Source: a virus
Lineage: Duplodnaviria > Caudoviricetes
Virus record (IMG/VR): IMGVR_UViG_3300029787_000071
Location: 1-53,025 of that record
Reading direction: 5' to 3' (one strand)
Length of the DNA: 53,025 bases
Shown here: in pieces, positions 43,686 through 53,025 of the stretch
Numbering within the stretch: the stretch's first letter is position 1
How the letters are laid out: the number at the start of each line of letters is the position of its first letter
Made by a program: the position numbers and the translations under genes
The notes under the pieces: model-generated
Seen by the model: the letters and a program-made list of their open reading frames with translations, nothing else
What the model was told of the DNA's origin: nothing
Databases searched by the model: none

Positions 43686-45851
43686 TTACCTTCCGGGTGG
43701 CCGATTACGTTTAGGCTGTTGCTGTACTTCAAACAGTTTAAGTATAGCGTCTTCTGTAGTTGCATCTGTTCTGCCTCTTCCACTAGGTTTTCGTCCAACA
43801 GTGGCTAGTGTAGCGTCTGCTGCAGGAGCCTGTTCAATGGTTTTAAAAGAAGGCTTTCCTTGTGAATCTACAGACCAACGAATAGGAACGATTGTTCCAG
43901 ACTGACCATCAAAGATACGATTTCTTCCGCTCTCTTCTAGCTCTCTAGATACTCTTTGGATAACTTCTGGATTACCAGTTTCAACCGCATTTTTCCATTT
44001 TTGTGAGTCATCTTTATTTAACACGTAACGGCCTGCCCTTAATTCAGGTTCAGAGTTTCCAACGAGGTTTGTTATTTGATCCCTATACACCTCTGCTTTA
44101 TAGTTTGGAGAGTTAAGTTTGCTTAAATCACTAATAATACTAGTTATAGACCCACCTTCTCTTTTATTTGGAAACTGAGTATTGAGGTCGTTTACTGTTT
44201 GTTCTAGATTATTAAGATTATAATTGGTAAATGTTGCACTGTTATCCAGCTTTTTTATAGTACGGTAGTATTCTGCATTATCGGTTTCTTTTGCAAGAGA
44301 AAATAGTTTTCCTCTTTCAATTGTTTTATCTACCATACCCATTATAAATTTTAGCTTGCCCTGCTTCTGCTGAACGCTCAAAAGATCACCACCAAACAAA
44401 TCAAGAGCGCGAGTAACGTCCGTATCTGAAATTGTACGGCCACCCGTTCCGCCTTGTAGAATTGATGTTAGCTGATACGCTAGCGCAGTTTCAAGCATCT
44501 TAATTTCGGCAGCGGCTAGAGCCTCTTTGTTATTACCTCGTTTAGCTGCGTCTAGCTCTTTTGTAACTTCTTCAAATTTAGCCCTAACACCTTCTTTATA
44601 GCTGCCTATACGCCCCTCTGCGGGGGGTCTGGCAAGAGCGTTGGCAACGATGTTTATAGAATCTCTGATAAGTGCCTCTCCACCTGTAATTCCAGAAAGG
44701 AGGGATGTTGTAAATCTTGACCCTGTGCCTGTTTCTCCAACCTTTTCTTGCAATCTCATCAAGTTTCTTTTTGCAGCTTGAGCAAGAGGTAGAGCTTCCA
44801 CCACACTTTCTCGCTCTTTTTTTGCAGTGCTATCTGTTGCTAAAATTTCAACTAATCTGCTTGGCGTAGTTCCAAAACCGCTGTTTGTACTTCCTGCTGA
44901 TTTATTTGCATAGGTGTCTACAAGAAGAAAATAGTCCTCAGTCTTTCTTCCCTGCTCATCTACAAAACCGTGCATAGGATTGTTAATCCAATCCATAGCC
45001 GCCTTCGTCTCTTCCTCAGAAGCCTGACCTGTAGTCGATATAAACTTTACAAAGGGGCTAGAGGCAGCACTCCAAAGTTTGTTATTGCCTTGGTATGCAC
45101 CCTGACCCTTATCATAGTTTCTATTGCCAAGCCTTCTAGTAGCACTGGCAACTTTTTCAGGCATGTTTGCGCCTTTCAAGCCGCCCAAAGTTGTTCTGTT
45201 TAAAGTCTCAACTACAGGTGAAATCCACTCTCCGTCAGGAACATATTTTACTTCACCCCCAGATTTTATCTGGGCAGCAGCACCTGATGGTGCTTGTGGT
45301 ATATCTACTCCCATGTCTTCTAGAGCTTGAATATCACGGAGAAGTAAAGGATTATTTCTAAGAGCAGGCCTAAAAAGAACACTTAACTGAGCCATTCGTG
45401 GCGCTCTTTTTGACACAGGACTAACTCTTTCATAAAAATCAGTCATGGTTTTAGCCGCCATAACTGCCCTAGCTAGCTGCGCCTCAAGAAGAGGAGCCAG
45501 AGTCGCGTCTTTTTTAGCCGCTGCGTATGCTTCAGGGTTTTGGGCTAAGTAAGTTATTGTAGACGTAACACCTTCAGCGCCTTTCATCTTTGGTATTTTC
45601 AAATCGCCGATAGTAATAAAGCTCTTAGTATCTGACGCACCCGCACGAATCCTAGCCGCTTCTGTAGTTGCGTCTGCAGATATCTGTCCAGCCTCAAGTC
45701 TAGTCTCTCTTTCAAACTGAAGCTCTTTCATGCGTTGTGCAGCAGCGTCTTCACGCTCTTCTTCTGCAGCTTTTTGTGCGCGATACCTATCAATGTTCTT
45801 ATCAACTGCTTGCAACGCACCTGTCGCAAAACTCATAAAAGGTGATACCAT
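43686..45851 (-). CDS. Internal virion protein
   Basis: 721 aa with SFATGAL N-terminus and coiled coil; synteny. Confidence 0.65.
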   Translation of the reverse strand: MVSPFMSFATGALQAVDKNIDRYRAQKAAEEEREDAAAQRMKELQFERETRLEAGQISADATTEAARIRAGASDTKSFITIGDLKIPKMKGAEGVTSTITYLAQNPEAYAAAKKDATLAPLLEAQLARAVMAAKTMTDFYERVSPVSKRAPRMAQLSVLFRPALRNNPLLLRDIQALEDMGVDIPQAPSGAAAQIKSGGEVKYVPDGEWISPVVETLNRTTLGGLKGANMPEKVASATRRLGNRNYDKGQGAYQGNNKLWSAASSPFVKFISTTGQASEEETKAAMDWINNPMHGFVDEQGRKTEDYFLLVDTYANKSAGSTNSGFGTTPSRLVEILATDSTAKKERESVVEALPLAQAAKRNLMRLQEKVGETGTGSRFTTSLLSGITGGEALIRDSINIVANALARPPAEGRIGSYKEGVRAKFEEVTKELDAAKRGNNKEALAAAEIKMLETALAYQLTSILQGGTGGRTISDTDVTRALDLFGGDLLSVQQKQGKLKFIMGMVDKTIERGKLFSLAKETDNAEYYRTIKKLDNSATFTNYNLNNLEQTVNDLNTQFPNKREGGSITSIISDLSKLNSPNYKAEVYRDQITNLVGNSEPELRAGRYVLNKDDSQKWKNAVETGNPEVIQRVSRELEESGRNRIFDGQSGTIVPIRWSVDSQGKPSFKTIEQAPAADATLATVGRKPSGRGRTDATTEDAILKLFEVQQQPKRNRPPGR

Positions 45852-46477
45852 TAGACCATCTCCTCTTCTTCCATTTCCATAAAGCTAGCATCCTTCTCCA
45901 TAGGAGGAGCCTCTGCACCCTGTTCTTCAGGCATGTCTTCATCCTCTTCCAACAGGAGATCAGTTGCGTACATAATTTTCTCGTACATGTCTGGCCTGTT
46001 TTCTTCCATGATAGACATGACTTTCTCTTCAGGTATCATGCCCTCTTCTTTTGCAAGTTCAGGGTCTTTGTTGAAGATAGTTGCAGGTATGCCGTTCTCT
46101 AGGGCTAGTCCTATAAAGTGCATGGCAATCGGCATCTTCAGTAGCTCTGACATGTCAGGACTCCAATAGCCCTCTGTGAAACCTGTAAAGGTAATTGTAT
46201 TTGTAATAGCCTCAATAGGCACACCACTAAGCATGAGCCGCAGGAAGTTCTCTTCTACCTCTGGCTGCTCAACACGGCTAACCACCCACTCCATAGCCTC
46301 TTCAGGTTGAGTATACTCTGCAGGTTTTTCCCACGCCCACTTTTGTGGCTCTGAGGTTAGCGAGTGGCCGGGAGGAGGCGCGTTGAATCTGTCAATGGCA
46401 TCAATGCTGCCTTCCTGTGGGCGCAGTGCTTCCTCTATCTTGGGGTCGCGGTAGTATGGATCGGGATTTAATGCCAT
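45851..46477 (-). CDS. Conserved acidic hypothetical (virion-associated) protein
   Basis: 208 aa; PPGHSLT.EP..WAWEKP..GYWSPD. Confidence 0.65.
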   Translation of the reverse strand: MALNPDPYYRDPKIEEALRPQEGSIDAIDRFNAPPPGHSLTSEPQKWAWEKPAEYTQPEEAMEWVVSRVEQPEVEENFLRLMLSGVPIEAITNTITFTGFTEGYWSPDMSELLKMPIAMHFIGLALENGIPATIFNKDPELAKEEGMIPEEKVMSIMEENRPDMYEKIMYATDLLLEEDEDMPEEQGAEAPPMEKDASFMEMEEEEMV

Positions 46478-46487
46478 TATATTTCCT

Positions 46488-47168
46488 CTATGCTGTTCTC
46501 GGAATGGCTAACTGTCTTAGCCGTGTGCCGGGAAGGGCCTGTTTAGTTCCTTTAGGACTAGTAGCGCCGGATATCATATCGGCTAAATCGTTTGTGCTGG
46601 TTACAGTGCCAGCCCTAGCCATCTGGTTGGCAATGGCTCTGGCTGCAGACTGCGCTCTATTAGATTGAGAGATAGCTGATTGTACTGCACGTTCACCGCT
46701 AGTGGCCTGTCTAGCCCTAGATGTTCTACCCGCTGCTGTCGTTGGCGCACGGGCTGACGAGGGAAGTCCGGGGCCTACTCTGCCCCTGCCCTGTGCCTGC
46801 GCTTGTTTACCGCCGCCCCTGTTAGCCGCCTTTGCAAACGCGCTAATTGCTTTGGCTGTTTCTTCACCTACGCCAAGATTTCTAAAAAGAAAATCTTGCG
46901 CCTGTTTGGCTAAAGAACGGTCATCAAAAAAATCTGTTACTTCATCATCAGGGACAAATTTAATTGCTGTGTCAGTCATTACATTTCCAAAGTCATCGGT
47001 ATCAAGAAACCCTGCAAAGTCCTGACCAAGACTTGTTTGTACAATTTGAGTATCTGGCAAGCTAAAAGGTTCTGTAAAAGAACCACCAAAATCATCATCA
47101 AACCCAAAGTCATAATCATAAGAATCTGTAGAAGGATAGTAAGTATCAAATATTCCAGCTAAACTCAT
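46488..47168 (-). CDS. Hypothetical virion-associated protein (acidic N-half, basic C-half)
   Basis: Likely ATG 47168 (MSLAGIF) after GGAG. Confidence 0.6.
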   Translation of the reverse strand: MSLAGIFDTYYPSTDSYDYDFGFDDDFGGSFTEPFSLPDTQIVQTSLGQDFAGFLDTDDFGNVMTDTAIKFVPDDEVTDFFDDRSLAKQAQDFLFRNLGVGEETAKAISAFAKAANRGGGKQAQAQGRGRVGPGLPSSARAPTTAAGRTSRARQATSGERAVQSAISQSNRAQSAARAIANQMARAGTVTSTNDLADMISGATSPKGTKQALPGTRLRQLAIPRTA

Positions 47169-47169
47169 T

Positions 47170-48579
47170 TTAAGCTCCCAATATACCAAACACGCCGTTG
47201 ATCACGGTGCTACCAAGCGCACTAAAGAACTGGCTCTCACGTTCTACTTCATACTGTTCTGAGTTGAAGTCCTGTGTCTGAGATAGAATAGCTGCATTGT
47301 GCGCTCTCTGTGCAGCGTTCTCAGATATCTCAACCATCCACTGAGCTTCATCCCTGTACCTTTGCCACAGCTTATCCAACGATGCTTGATTAACTCCTAG
47401 CAGGTTTAATGCGTTAACACGGTTAGTTTCATTCTGACCAGCCGTGTTAGCCGTGTTTACATTTCTACGCCACACTGCGTTAGATTGCTGTATCAGGTTC
47501 TCATTGGAGATGTTGAACCGCTCCCGTGCATCGTTAATCTTTGTAAAGTAACGTGCGGCTGCGTTAGTCTGGTCAGCGTTAAACTGCTCCATAGCTGCCA
47601 TACGGCTAGCATTAGCGTTGGCTACCTGCGTCTCTAGCTCAGTAAAGAACTGATCCACCTGTAGTTGAGACTTTGCGTTAAACTGTCTGGCTGCATTCTC
47701 CTGCGCCTGATCAGTAAACAGCTTCTGAAACTTAGACTGCAGATCAATCGTTTTTAGCTGTTGTTCATTGTTTAGGTTCTGCGTGTCCATCTGCAAAAAA
47801 GCACGGGCATTGTTTACAGCGCCTTGCATGGCTGCACTAAGATTAGCCCTATCCATTGCAGCGTATGTAGCTGCGTTCTGCAGAGTGGCTTGCTGTTGGT
47901 TGTTGAGGTTCTGTAACTGAATGGTGGCATACTTGTTTGCATCTTGCTGTGCAATCGGTATACCCGACTCCATGATTGCTTGGCTAATGGCTGCAGCGGC
48001 CATAGAGGACCGCCCTAGTCCTCTTTGTGCCATCATGCCACCTACTTGCCTGACTGCAGGTGCTGCCCATGCAGGGGGTGGTTTACCCTCTTCAAACGAC
48101 TTGAAGAGTTCGCCCATCTGGAACTTGAGCGTAGCCTTCTCGTCTAGCTCTGCAGTTGCCCCCTGTGCAATTGACTCTTCAGATACTGCACCTTCGATGT
48201 CACCTATAAGAGACTGTGCAGATACTTGGCCTTGGGCTGCAGCAAACTCTGGAGTATCCTCAGATACAAACGACTGATAAGTAGCTGCCGCTGTGCGTGG
48301 AGGTGTGGGTAACTCCAGACCAGTTACAGAGGCTTCTTTAACAGGTTCTGTTACAGGTGCAGCTACCTGTGTAGGAGTAAATAGTTCACTCTCCTGAACT
48401 TGCTGTTCCTGAAAAGGCACAACCGTTCCTGTAGGCAACGCAGGAGTCGCGGCTGTATCAAGGTCCGCTTGCTCTGTAACCTCAGTTAAAAGGTTAGCCG
48501 TTGCCTCTGGTGGAGTGAACTGACCTGCCTGTAACTCGTCAGCAGTTTGAGTCTCCTCAGTTTGATTTTCCTCTGCCAT
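47170..48579 (-). CDS. Gln/Ala/Asn-rich internal virion protein
   Basis: 469 aa; RGLGRSSMAAAAI..PIAQQDA and NAARQFNA repeats typical of podovirus ejection proteins. Confidence 0.7.
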   Translation of the reverse strand: MAEENQTEETQTADELQAGQFTPPEATANLLTEVTEQADLDTAATPALPTGTVVPFQEQQVQESELFTPTQVAAPVTEPVKEASVTGLELPTPPRTAAATYQSFVSEDTPEFAAAQGQVSAQSLIGDIEGAVSEESIAQGATAELDEKATLKFQMGELFKSFEEGKPPPAWAAPAVRQVGGMMAQRGLGRSSMAAAAISQAIMESGIPIAQQDANKYATIQLQNLNNQQQATLQNAATYAAMDRANLSAAMQGAVNNARAFLQMDTQNLNNEQQLKTIDLQSKFQKLFTDQAQENAARQFNAKSQLQVDQFFTELETQVANANASRMAAMEQFNADQTNAAARYFTKINDARERFNISNENLIQQSNAVWRRNVNTANTAGQNETNRVNALNLLGVNQASLDKLWQRYRDEAQWMVEISENAAQRAHNAAILSQTQDFNSEQYEVERESQFFSALGSTVINGVFGILGA

Positions 48580-48582
48580 GTT

Positions 48583-48750
48583 TTATTCCTTGTTTGTGAA
48601 CAAATCCTCGGCCTGTTCTTTATTTTCGTACTCAGCTAGCTTCTCACTAACAGTGACTAACTTTGCCTCTAGCTCTGCACATTTAGTCATTGCAACGTCA
48701 CGCTGACGTACCAGCACCTTCATTAGATTTTCTGTAATATTAAGTTCCAT
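48583..48750 (-). CDS. 55-aa coiled-coil peptide (not in ORF track)
   Basis: MELNITENLMKVLVRQRDVAMTKCAELEAKL.. Confidence 0.55.
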   Translation of the reverse strand: MELNITENLMKVLVRQRDVAMTKCAELEAKLVTVSEKLAEYENKEQAEDLFTNKE

Positions 48751-48937
48751 CTCGCTTGCTTTTCCTTTCTTTAATCATAGCCCAGAGCCTAAAGGCTAAA
48801 AGCACAGAGCCACCAACTAACATAAATAGTTGAAGGCCCTGCTCCACCCATTGCAACCAAAGCGGCGTAGATACTAAACTGGTAGCTATTACCGTATCAG
48901 TAGCATTTTTTAGTCCATCAGGCGTCTTTAGATCCAT
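48740..48937 (-). CDS. Small membrane protein
   Basis: 65 aa with a hydrophobic segment and basic C-terminus. Confidence 0.55.
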   Translation of the reverse strand: MDLKTPDGLKNATDTVIATSLVSTPLWLQWVEQGLQLFMLVGGSVLLAFRLWAMIKERKSKRDGT

Positions 48938-48940
48938 AGT

Positions 48941-48969
48941 ATTATACCTTATTTCAAAGAAAAAGTCAA
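48941..48969 (-). promoter_or_regulatory. Internal sigma70 promoter upstream of the internal-virion genes
   Basis: TTGACT-N17-TATAAT. Confidence 0.65.
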
Positions 48970-48974
48970 GATAT

Positions 48975-49268
48975 TTATTTGTTTAGTTGTTGTTTTATAA
49001 AGTCTATTTCTGCTCTTATACGTTCTATTTCTCTAGTCCTGCGTTCTACAATATCAGGACTCATCATGCTGACTAACACGTTTACTCTGTTTGATAAGGT
49101 ATCAACTGTAGAATCTAATTTATTTACTCTAACATCTAAATTACGAATGCGCTCTTCTGCATCCTCTAGATGCTCCAGCATATTCTTTATCTGGTTTTTA
49201 GCTATCGCTGCAGCAGATACAACGGATACAAGCATACCTCCTATGGTGACTAATAGAGATATGTCCAT
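48975..49268 (-). CDS. Membrane-anchored coiled-coil protein
   Basis: N-terminal TM segment plus heptad repeats. Confidence 0.6.
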   Translation of the reverse strand: MDISLLVTIGGMLVSVVSAAAIAKNQIKNMLEHLEDAEERIRNLDVRVNKLDSTVDTLSNRVNVLVSMMSPDIVERRTREIERIRAEIDFIKQQLNK

Positions 49269-49278
49269 CTATTAGTCC

Positions 49279-50100
49279 TCATTCCCACGTAAAATTGTCG
49301 GGGTGGCCGAGGATGTCGCTAAATTTACGATAAGGAAATCCCCTGTATTCGTAGGTTGCAGGATCAGCCTCGCTGCGCCACGCTCCATATGAACCGTATT
49401 CGGCGAACATCGCGTCGAACTCCCGACCTGTCATGTCGGACAGTGCTTCACGAGTTTTTTCATAGCCGCAGGGCAGACAAAGAAACTTTTCATCTTCCGG
49501 CCTGTCGCAATCGCATTTGATCGCCATCAACGCTTTAAGGTCGTCGGGGATCGACTCCAACTGTTCAAACCTACCAGACAGCGTTGCGGCAATGGCGTCG
49601 TGATCAAATGCCTCGCCCTTTGCAACGGGGTCTAACGTCGGAGAACCTGCGAAATAAACATCGACACCGTCCGTCTCAAAAACGCCGCGCAACCTTTCGT
49701 AGCTGTCTGTCGCTGTATTTTCCAACGATATGCCAATGACGATCCCGTCCGGCGTATGCCTGTCGATCAGAGATTTGTACCCAGCATAGCGCGGTTCGAG
49801 AATGCCGATGTTTACCGTTGCGGTGAAACCCTCACGGATGGGAACGCGCTTCTCGACGTAGCTGACAGGCCATTGCACGATCTCAAACGTAAAATCTCGA
49901 ACATTTGACTTGAGCCAATTGACCATATTTTGCGCTGCGGTTTTTTCTCGCGATCCTCGCCACGGATCATCCGTTACATCACCAAGCCACTCCTCTTCAG
50001 AGTAGGCCGCAATGATTTCATGGTCCGTTTCAGTCAGCCAACGATTCAAAGTGTATGTAGAGTTTACTCCTCCAGAAAAAGGTATAATAATTTTAGCCAT
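49279..50100 (-). CDS. QueC-like PP-loop (adenine nucleotide alpha-hydrolase) protein
   Basis: N-terminal IPFSGGVNSTY PP-loop variant and a C-terminal Cys cluster CDC..CLPC. Confidence 0.6.
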   Translation of the reverse strand: MAKIIIPFSGGVNSTYTLNRWLTETDHEIIAAYSEEEWLGDVTDDPWRGSREKTAAQNMVNWLKSNVRDFTFEIVQWPVSYVEKRVPIREGFTATVNIGILEPRYAGYKSLIDRHTPDGIVIGISLENTATDSYERLRGVFETDGVDVYFAGSPTLDPVAKGEAFDHDAIAATLSGRFEQLESIPDDLKALMAIKCDCDRPEDEKFLCLPCGYEKTREALSDMTGREFDAMFAEYGSYGAWRSEADPATYEYRGFPYRKFSDILGHPDNFTWE

Positions 50101-50864
50101 TAACTTGTTGCTCCATGATATGTACCACCGCCACTAGTTGTAACAGTCAAACCTCCCTTTTCTACTGCTTTACCTGCCGTGCCGCCAGAGCCGCCTGCGC
50201 CGCCCGATCCGGCCCCCGAAGCGACACCACATCCGTTGGGGCCGGGGACAGATCCGGGGCTACCTGCGGTGCCATCCGTCCCGTTTTCCGCTTGTCCAGA
50301 TGTACCGCTTGATCCGGCTGACCCGGCTGAACCGGCTGACCCTCCAGAGGTGCCGGGGCCGCAGGAGTAGCCGCCCTTCCCGTCACCAACTGGACTATAT
50401 CTTGAGCCAGCAGATCCGCCCCCTCCGGCCCCGCCTCCGCCGCCTGAGCCGCCACCGATGGTCCCAGAATTTACTACAGAATAAGTGCCAGTGCCGCTAC
50501 TAATATTAAACTCAATAGCATCAGTACCATTACCACCTGAACCGCCAGCAGAATTAGTTCCTCCATTGCTACCTTGCGCTCCGTCAAACCCAGTGACGCT
50601 TGCGCCAGATGCAACATTGATAGTTAAAGGAGATGCAGCATTCAATGCTCCGGTAATAATTCCCGGATCACCTGACGAACCAACCACGTCCACTCCGGAA
50701 GCAATATTTAATACTATAGGCGTAGTATCCGCAGAAGCGTTGTACCCGGCTGCTGTTGCTAAAGTAAGAACATTAACATCTGTAGTATTTGATGTAACAT
50801 TTAAAACTAACGCTCTCGAAGCAGCACTAGAGCCAAATCCTAAAACTTGATACCCAAAACTCAT
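50100..50864 (-). CDS. Glycine-rich tail-tip adhesin (T-even gp38-like)
   Basis: GGGSGGGGGAGGGG and GAGGSGGTAGKAV polyglycine motifs; directly after the tail fibre. Confidence 0.65.
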   Translation of the reverse strand: MSFGYQVLGFGSSAASRALVLNVTSNTTDVNVLTLATAAGYNASADTTPIVLNIASGVDVVGSSGDPGIITGALNAASPLTINVASGASVTGFDGAQGSNGGTNSAGGSGGNGTDAIEFNISSGTGTYSVVNSGTIGGGSGGGGGAGGGGSAGSRYSPVGDGKGGYSCGPGTSGGSAGSAGSAGSSGTSGQAENGTDGTAGSPGSVPGPNGCGVASGAGSGGAGGSGGTAGKAVEKGGLTVTTSGGGTYHGATS

Positions 50865-50876
50865 CTGCTACTCCAA

Positions 50877-53025
50877 TCAAGCGTCGTTAGCTGCATCAGT
50901 TGTAAAGAATAGTTTTATACCAATTAGCCGTGCATCCTCTGCCATGTCGTCGTTAGCATCAGAAACATCTCTAAATATTCTAAAGAAGCACATGTCTCCA
51001 GCGGCAGGGCTTCCTGCAATCGTTATCGCACCGCTCTCTGAAGTTACACAAAGGTCTTCTGCAGCACCTAGAGCGTCATCTGTCACGACCACTGCAGTGC
51101 CGTATGCAACGTCAATAGTGTCATTATCAGAGACTGCTACGCCTTGCAGACCCCAAGCAACACCATCTGTATCTGTTGCAGCAGTAGTCCAAAACGCTTG
51201 AAAAGTAACCGTTCCTTCATTCCAGCTTTTTGGAAATGCAACTTGAAACTGAGCGTGTTCATCCGATGAGGCATCAAAGTCCAAAACATTCATGTCAGGA
51301 CGACCAGAAGTTGTTTCCGCTGTAGCCAACGCTGCACACCCATTTGATGCAGTTGGACTCATAGCCGCTGCAGGGACAAAGATAGTTTCTTTACCTGCCG
51401 TCTTAATGGCTGCGCTTGAAACAGTAGGAGCTTGCGTAAAGTTAACTACGCCGCCAGAAGAGATTGACATAGCATCTGTGTCTGATGCAGAACCAATAGT
51501 GCCAGCATCAGGAACAGTTAAACTAGTTCCTGTAAGTGCCAGTGTTCCGGCGCTAGAGGGCAGAGTTACTGTAACATCTGAAGTAGACGCGGGTCCAATA
51601 AGAGTGACAGCGTTTGTGCCGTTGTCACTATCTTCAAAAAACTTTACAAAGCCAGCACTGGTTGCGCCATTTTTAATATCAGCACCCGCACTGATTACGG
51701 GAGTTGTCAGTGTTTTATTTGTTAGTGTGTCTGTTGACACTAGGGATACTAAAGTTGAGCTAGAACCTGCAGGTAGAGTTAAGGTGTTCGTCACTCCTGC
51801 AGAGTGAGGTTGGGCTATGACAATCTGACCGTGGGTGTTGTTTTCACAGTTAAACTGTATAGCACCAGAATTAGTGTTGCCCCGTACTGTGAGATGCCCT
51901 GTGCCTTTTGCTTCTAACTCAAGGTCAATGTTTGAGTCGTCACCAGTTGCAGACAGCTTCGGTGCATTGCCTGTAGCTGCGTTAGTAACGTCAAACTGAT
52001 TGACCGCAGAAGAAGTGGTCTGAAAAATAATTTGCTCATTGCCATTTTCATCTGCGATAAAGTGTGCATCGTCAATGAGAATGTTATGAGAATTAGTGTC
52101 TAGGTTAGCGCCCAGTTGTGGCGAAGTATCTTCAACAATATTACTTATGCCTGATGATGTAGCAAGACCAGCAACAAGAGTAGATTTTGTAATTTTCTTT
52201 AGGCCACCTCCAGACGTATCAACAGCAAGCATAACATCATCGTCTGCTGCGGTTGATATTTCAGACAGAGAGCCTACGGCAACGGAATTAAAGTTTGTGC
52301 CGTCTGCAATAAGTAGATTACCTGAAGTGTTTGTTCCCATAGTGATATCATCACCAGTGACGGTTAGATCACCAGAAATGACAAGGTTGCCTGAAGAGTC
52401 TAGTGTAAGAGCGGTGCTAGTTCCTATGGCACTGGTGCCAATCTTAAACTTGTCACTGTCTCCATCATCTATACCCATTGTAAATGTCTGTGTGCCAGAC
52501 AGTGCAAACGATAAGAAGGGATCGCCATCAGTTGCTGTGTTATTTATGATTAGCCCTGTGGTGCCTCCTGCACCGCCAAGAGTTAGGCTAGTGTCCGCTG
52601 CGTGAGTAAGAGTGATATCATTATCGGAACCAAAGCCAAGAACTGCACTATCGCTATCTAGCTTGAGATCGTTGCTGACTGTGACTGCAGTAGAGGCGTT
52701 CATATCAATTGTTGCTTCGCCGTCAATACGCAGAACACCGTCAGAGCTTTGCTGAATAAAGCTTGCAGTATCTCCAAACTGTATCTTTTCTGTAGTGGTT
52801 AACAGAATGTCATCAGAAAACTGGAAGTAATCTTCATCTTCCATCCATGTGAGAACGCCATCGGACGTGTTAGCATTAAATGTTACAGCTATATCTGTAT
52901 CAGCACCTGTTCCAAAAGTGATGGTATTACTGAGAAGTTTCTCAATAGCCCCACCCTCTCCATCAGTCCCATCGTGTTGGTGACCTGACGTTGTAAACGC
53001 ACCATCAATTGCGTTAAATTCTGTA
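50877..53025 (-). CDS. Tail fibre protein, main part (full gene about 740 aa, starting at 206)
   Basis: Frame is open from the contig end to 50877. Thr/Ser/Gly/Asp-rich, with EDTSPQLGANLD, TLTLP and TLTNKTLT fibre motifs. Confidence 0.85.
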   Translation of the reverse strand, partial: TEFNAIDGAFTTSGHQHDGTDGEGGAIEKLLSNTITFGTGADTDIAVTFNANTSDGVLTWMEDEDYFQFSDDILLTTTEKIQFGDTASFIQQSSDGVLRIDGEATIDMNASTAVTVSNDLKLDSDSAVLGFGSDNDITLTHAADTSLTLGGAGGTTGLIINNTATDGDPFLSFALSGTQTFTMGIDDGDSDKFKIGTSAIGTSTALTLDSSGNLVISGDLTVTGDDITMGTNTSGNLLIADGTNFNSVAVGSLSEISTAADDDVMLAVDTSGGGLKKITKSTLVAGLATSSGISNIVEDTSPQLGANLDTNSHNILIDDAHFIADENGNEQIIFQTTSSAVNQFDVTNAATGNAPKLSATGDDSNIDLELEAKGTGHLTVRGNTNSGAIQFNCENNTHGQIVIAQPHSAGVTNTLTLPAGSSSTLVSLVSTDTLTNKTLTTPVISAGADIKNGATSAGFVKFFEDSDNGTNAVTLIGPASTSDVTVTLPSSAGTLALTGTSLTVPDAGTIGSASDTDAMSISSGGVVNFTQAPTVSSAAIKTAGKETIFVPAAAMSPTASNGCAALATAETTSGRPDMNVLDFDASSDEHAQFQVAFPKSWNEGTVTFQAFWTTAATDTDGVAWGLQGVAVSDNDTIDVAYGTAVVVTDDALGAAEDLCVTSESGAITIAGSPAAGDMCFFRIFRDVSDANDDMAEDARLIGIKLFFTTDAANDA
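52948..53025. repeat. 78-bp exact repeat of 55-132
   Basis: Direct sequence identity. Confidence 0.95.

Noticed and set aside
49279-50100. 7-deazaguanine DNA modification pathway
   Set aside because: No DpdA, FolE, QueD or QueE recognised, and the PP-loop is atypical.
52948-53025. End repeat as a biological direct terminal repeat
   Set aside because: It lies inside the tail-fibre CDS and its length is typical of an assembler k-mer overlap. It indicates circular assembly, not virion ends.
50100-53025. Diversity-generating retroelement acting on the fibre
   Set aside because: No reverse transcriptase is present. The allele differences at the junction are synonymous third-position changes, not adenine-specific.
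1-53025. tRNA genes or stop-codon reassignment
   Set aside because: No cloverleaf noticed in the intergenic gaps (tRNAscan not run). TAA, TAG and TGA all end well-defined genes, and the standard code gives dense coding.

Overview
The window is an apparently complete, circularly permuted genome (about 52.9 kb; bases 55-132 recur exactly at 52948-53025) of a lytic podovirus. It is most like the marine HMO-2011-type phages: a family A DNA polymerase carries a DnaJ-like CxxCxGxG insert, and there is a class II ribonucleotide reductase. I found no RNA polymerase or integrase. GcrA-like and Usg-like genes point to an alphaproteobacterial host (inference). Layout: (i) a long minus-strand morphogenesis arm running from a consensus promoter at about 21050 through small basic proteins, terminase, portal, head and tail, across the contig junction into tail fibre, internal virion proteins and holin/spanins; (ii) a minus-strand early region (22.3-27.9 kb); (iii) a plus-strand replication arm (28.0-38.1 kb). 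The most unusual signal is a cluster of small Lys-rich proteins around terS that share a [YFM]A[KMR]GG(GVRK) tag. A candidate partner domain sits in the virion muramidase, and the genome also encodes a SET methyltransferase and two 2OG-Fe(II) oxygenases. Other highlights are a split DNA polymerase, a tandem RNA motif next to the scaffold RBS, a gene overprinted on the portal, a candidate sRNA, an orphan QueC-like gene beside a Gly-rich adhesin, two tail-fibre alleles at the junction and no recognisable endolysin. All family assignments are motif recognition by eye, not database searches.
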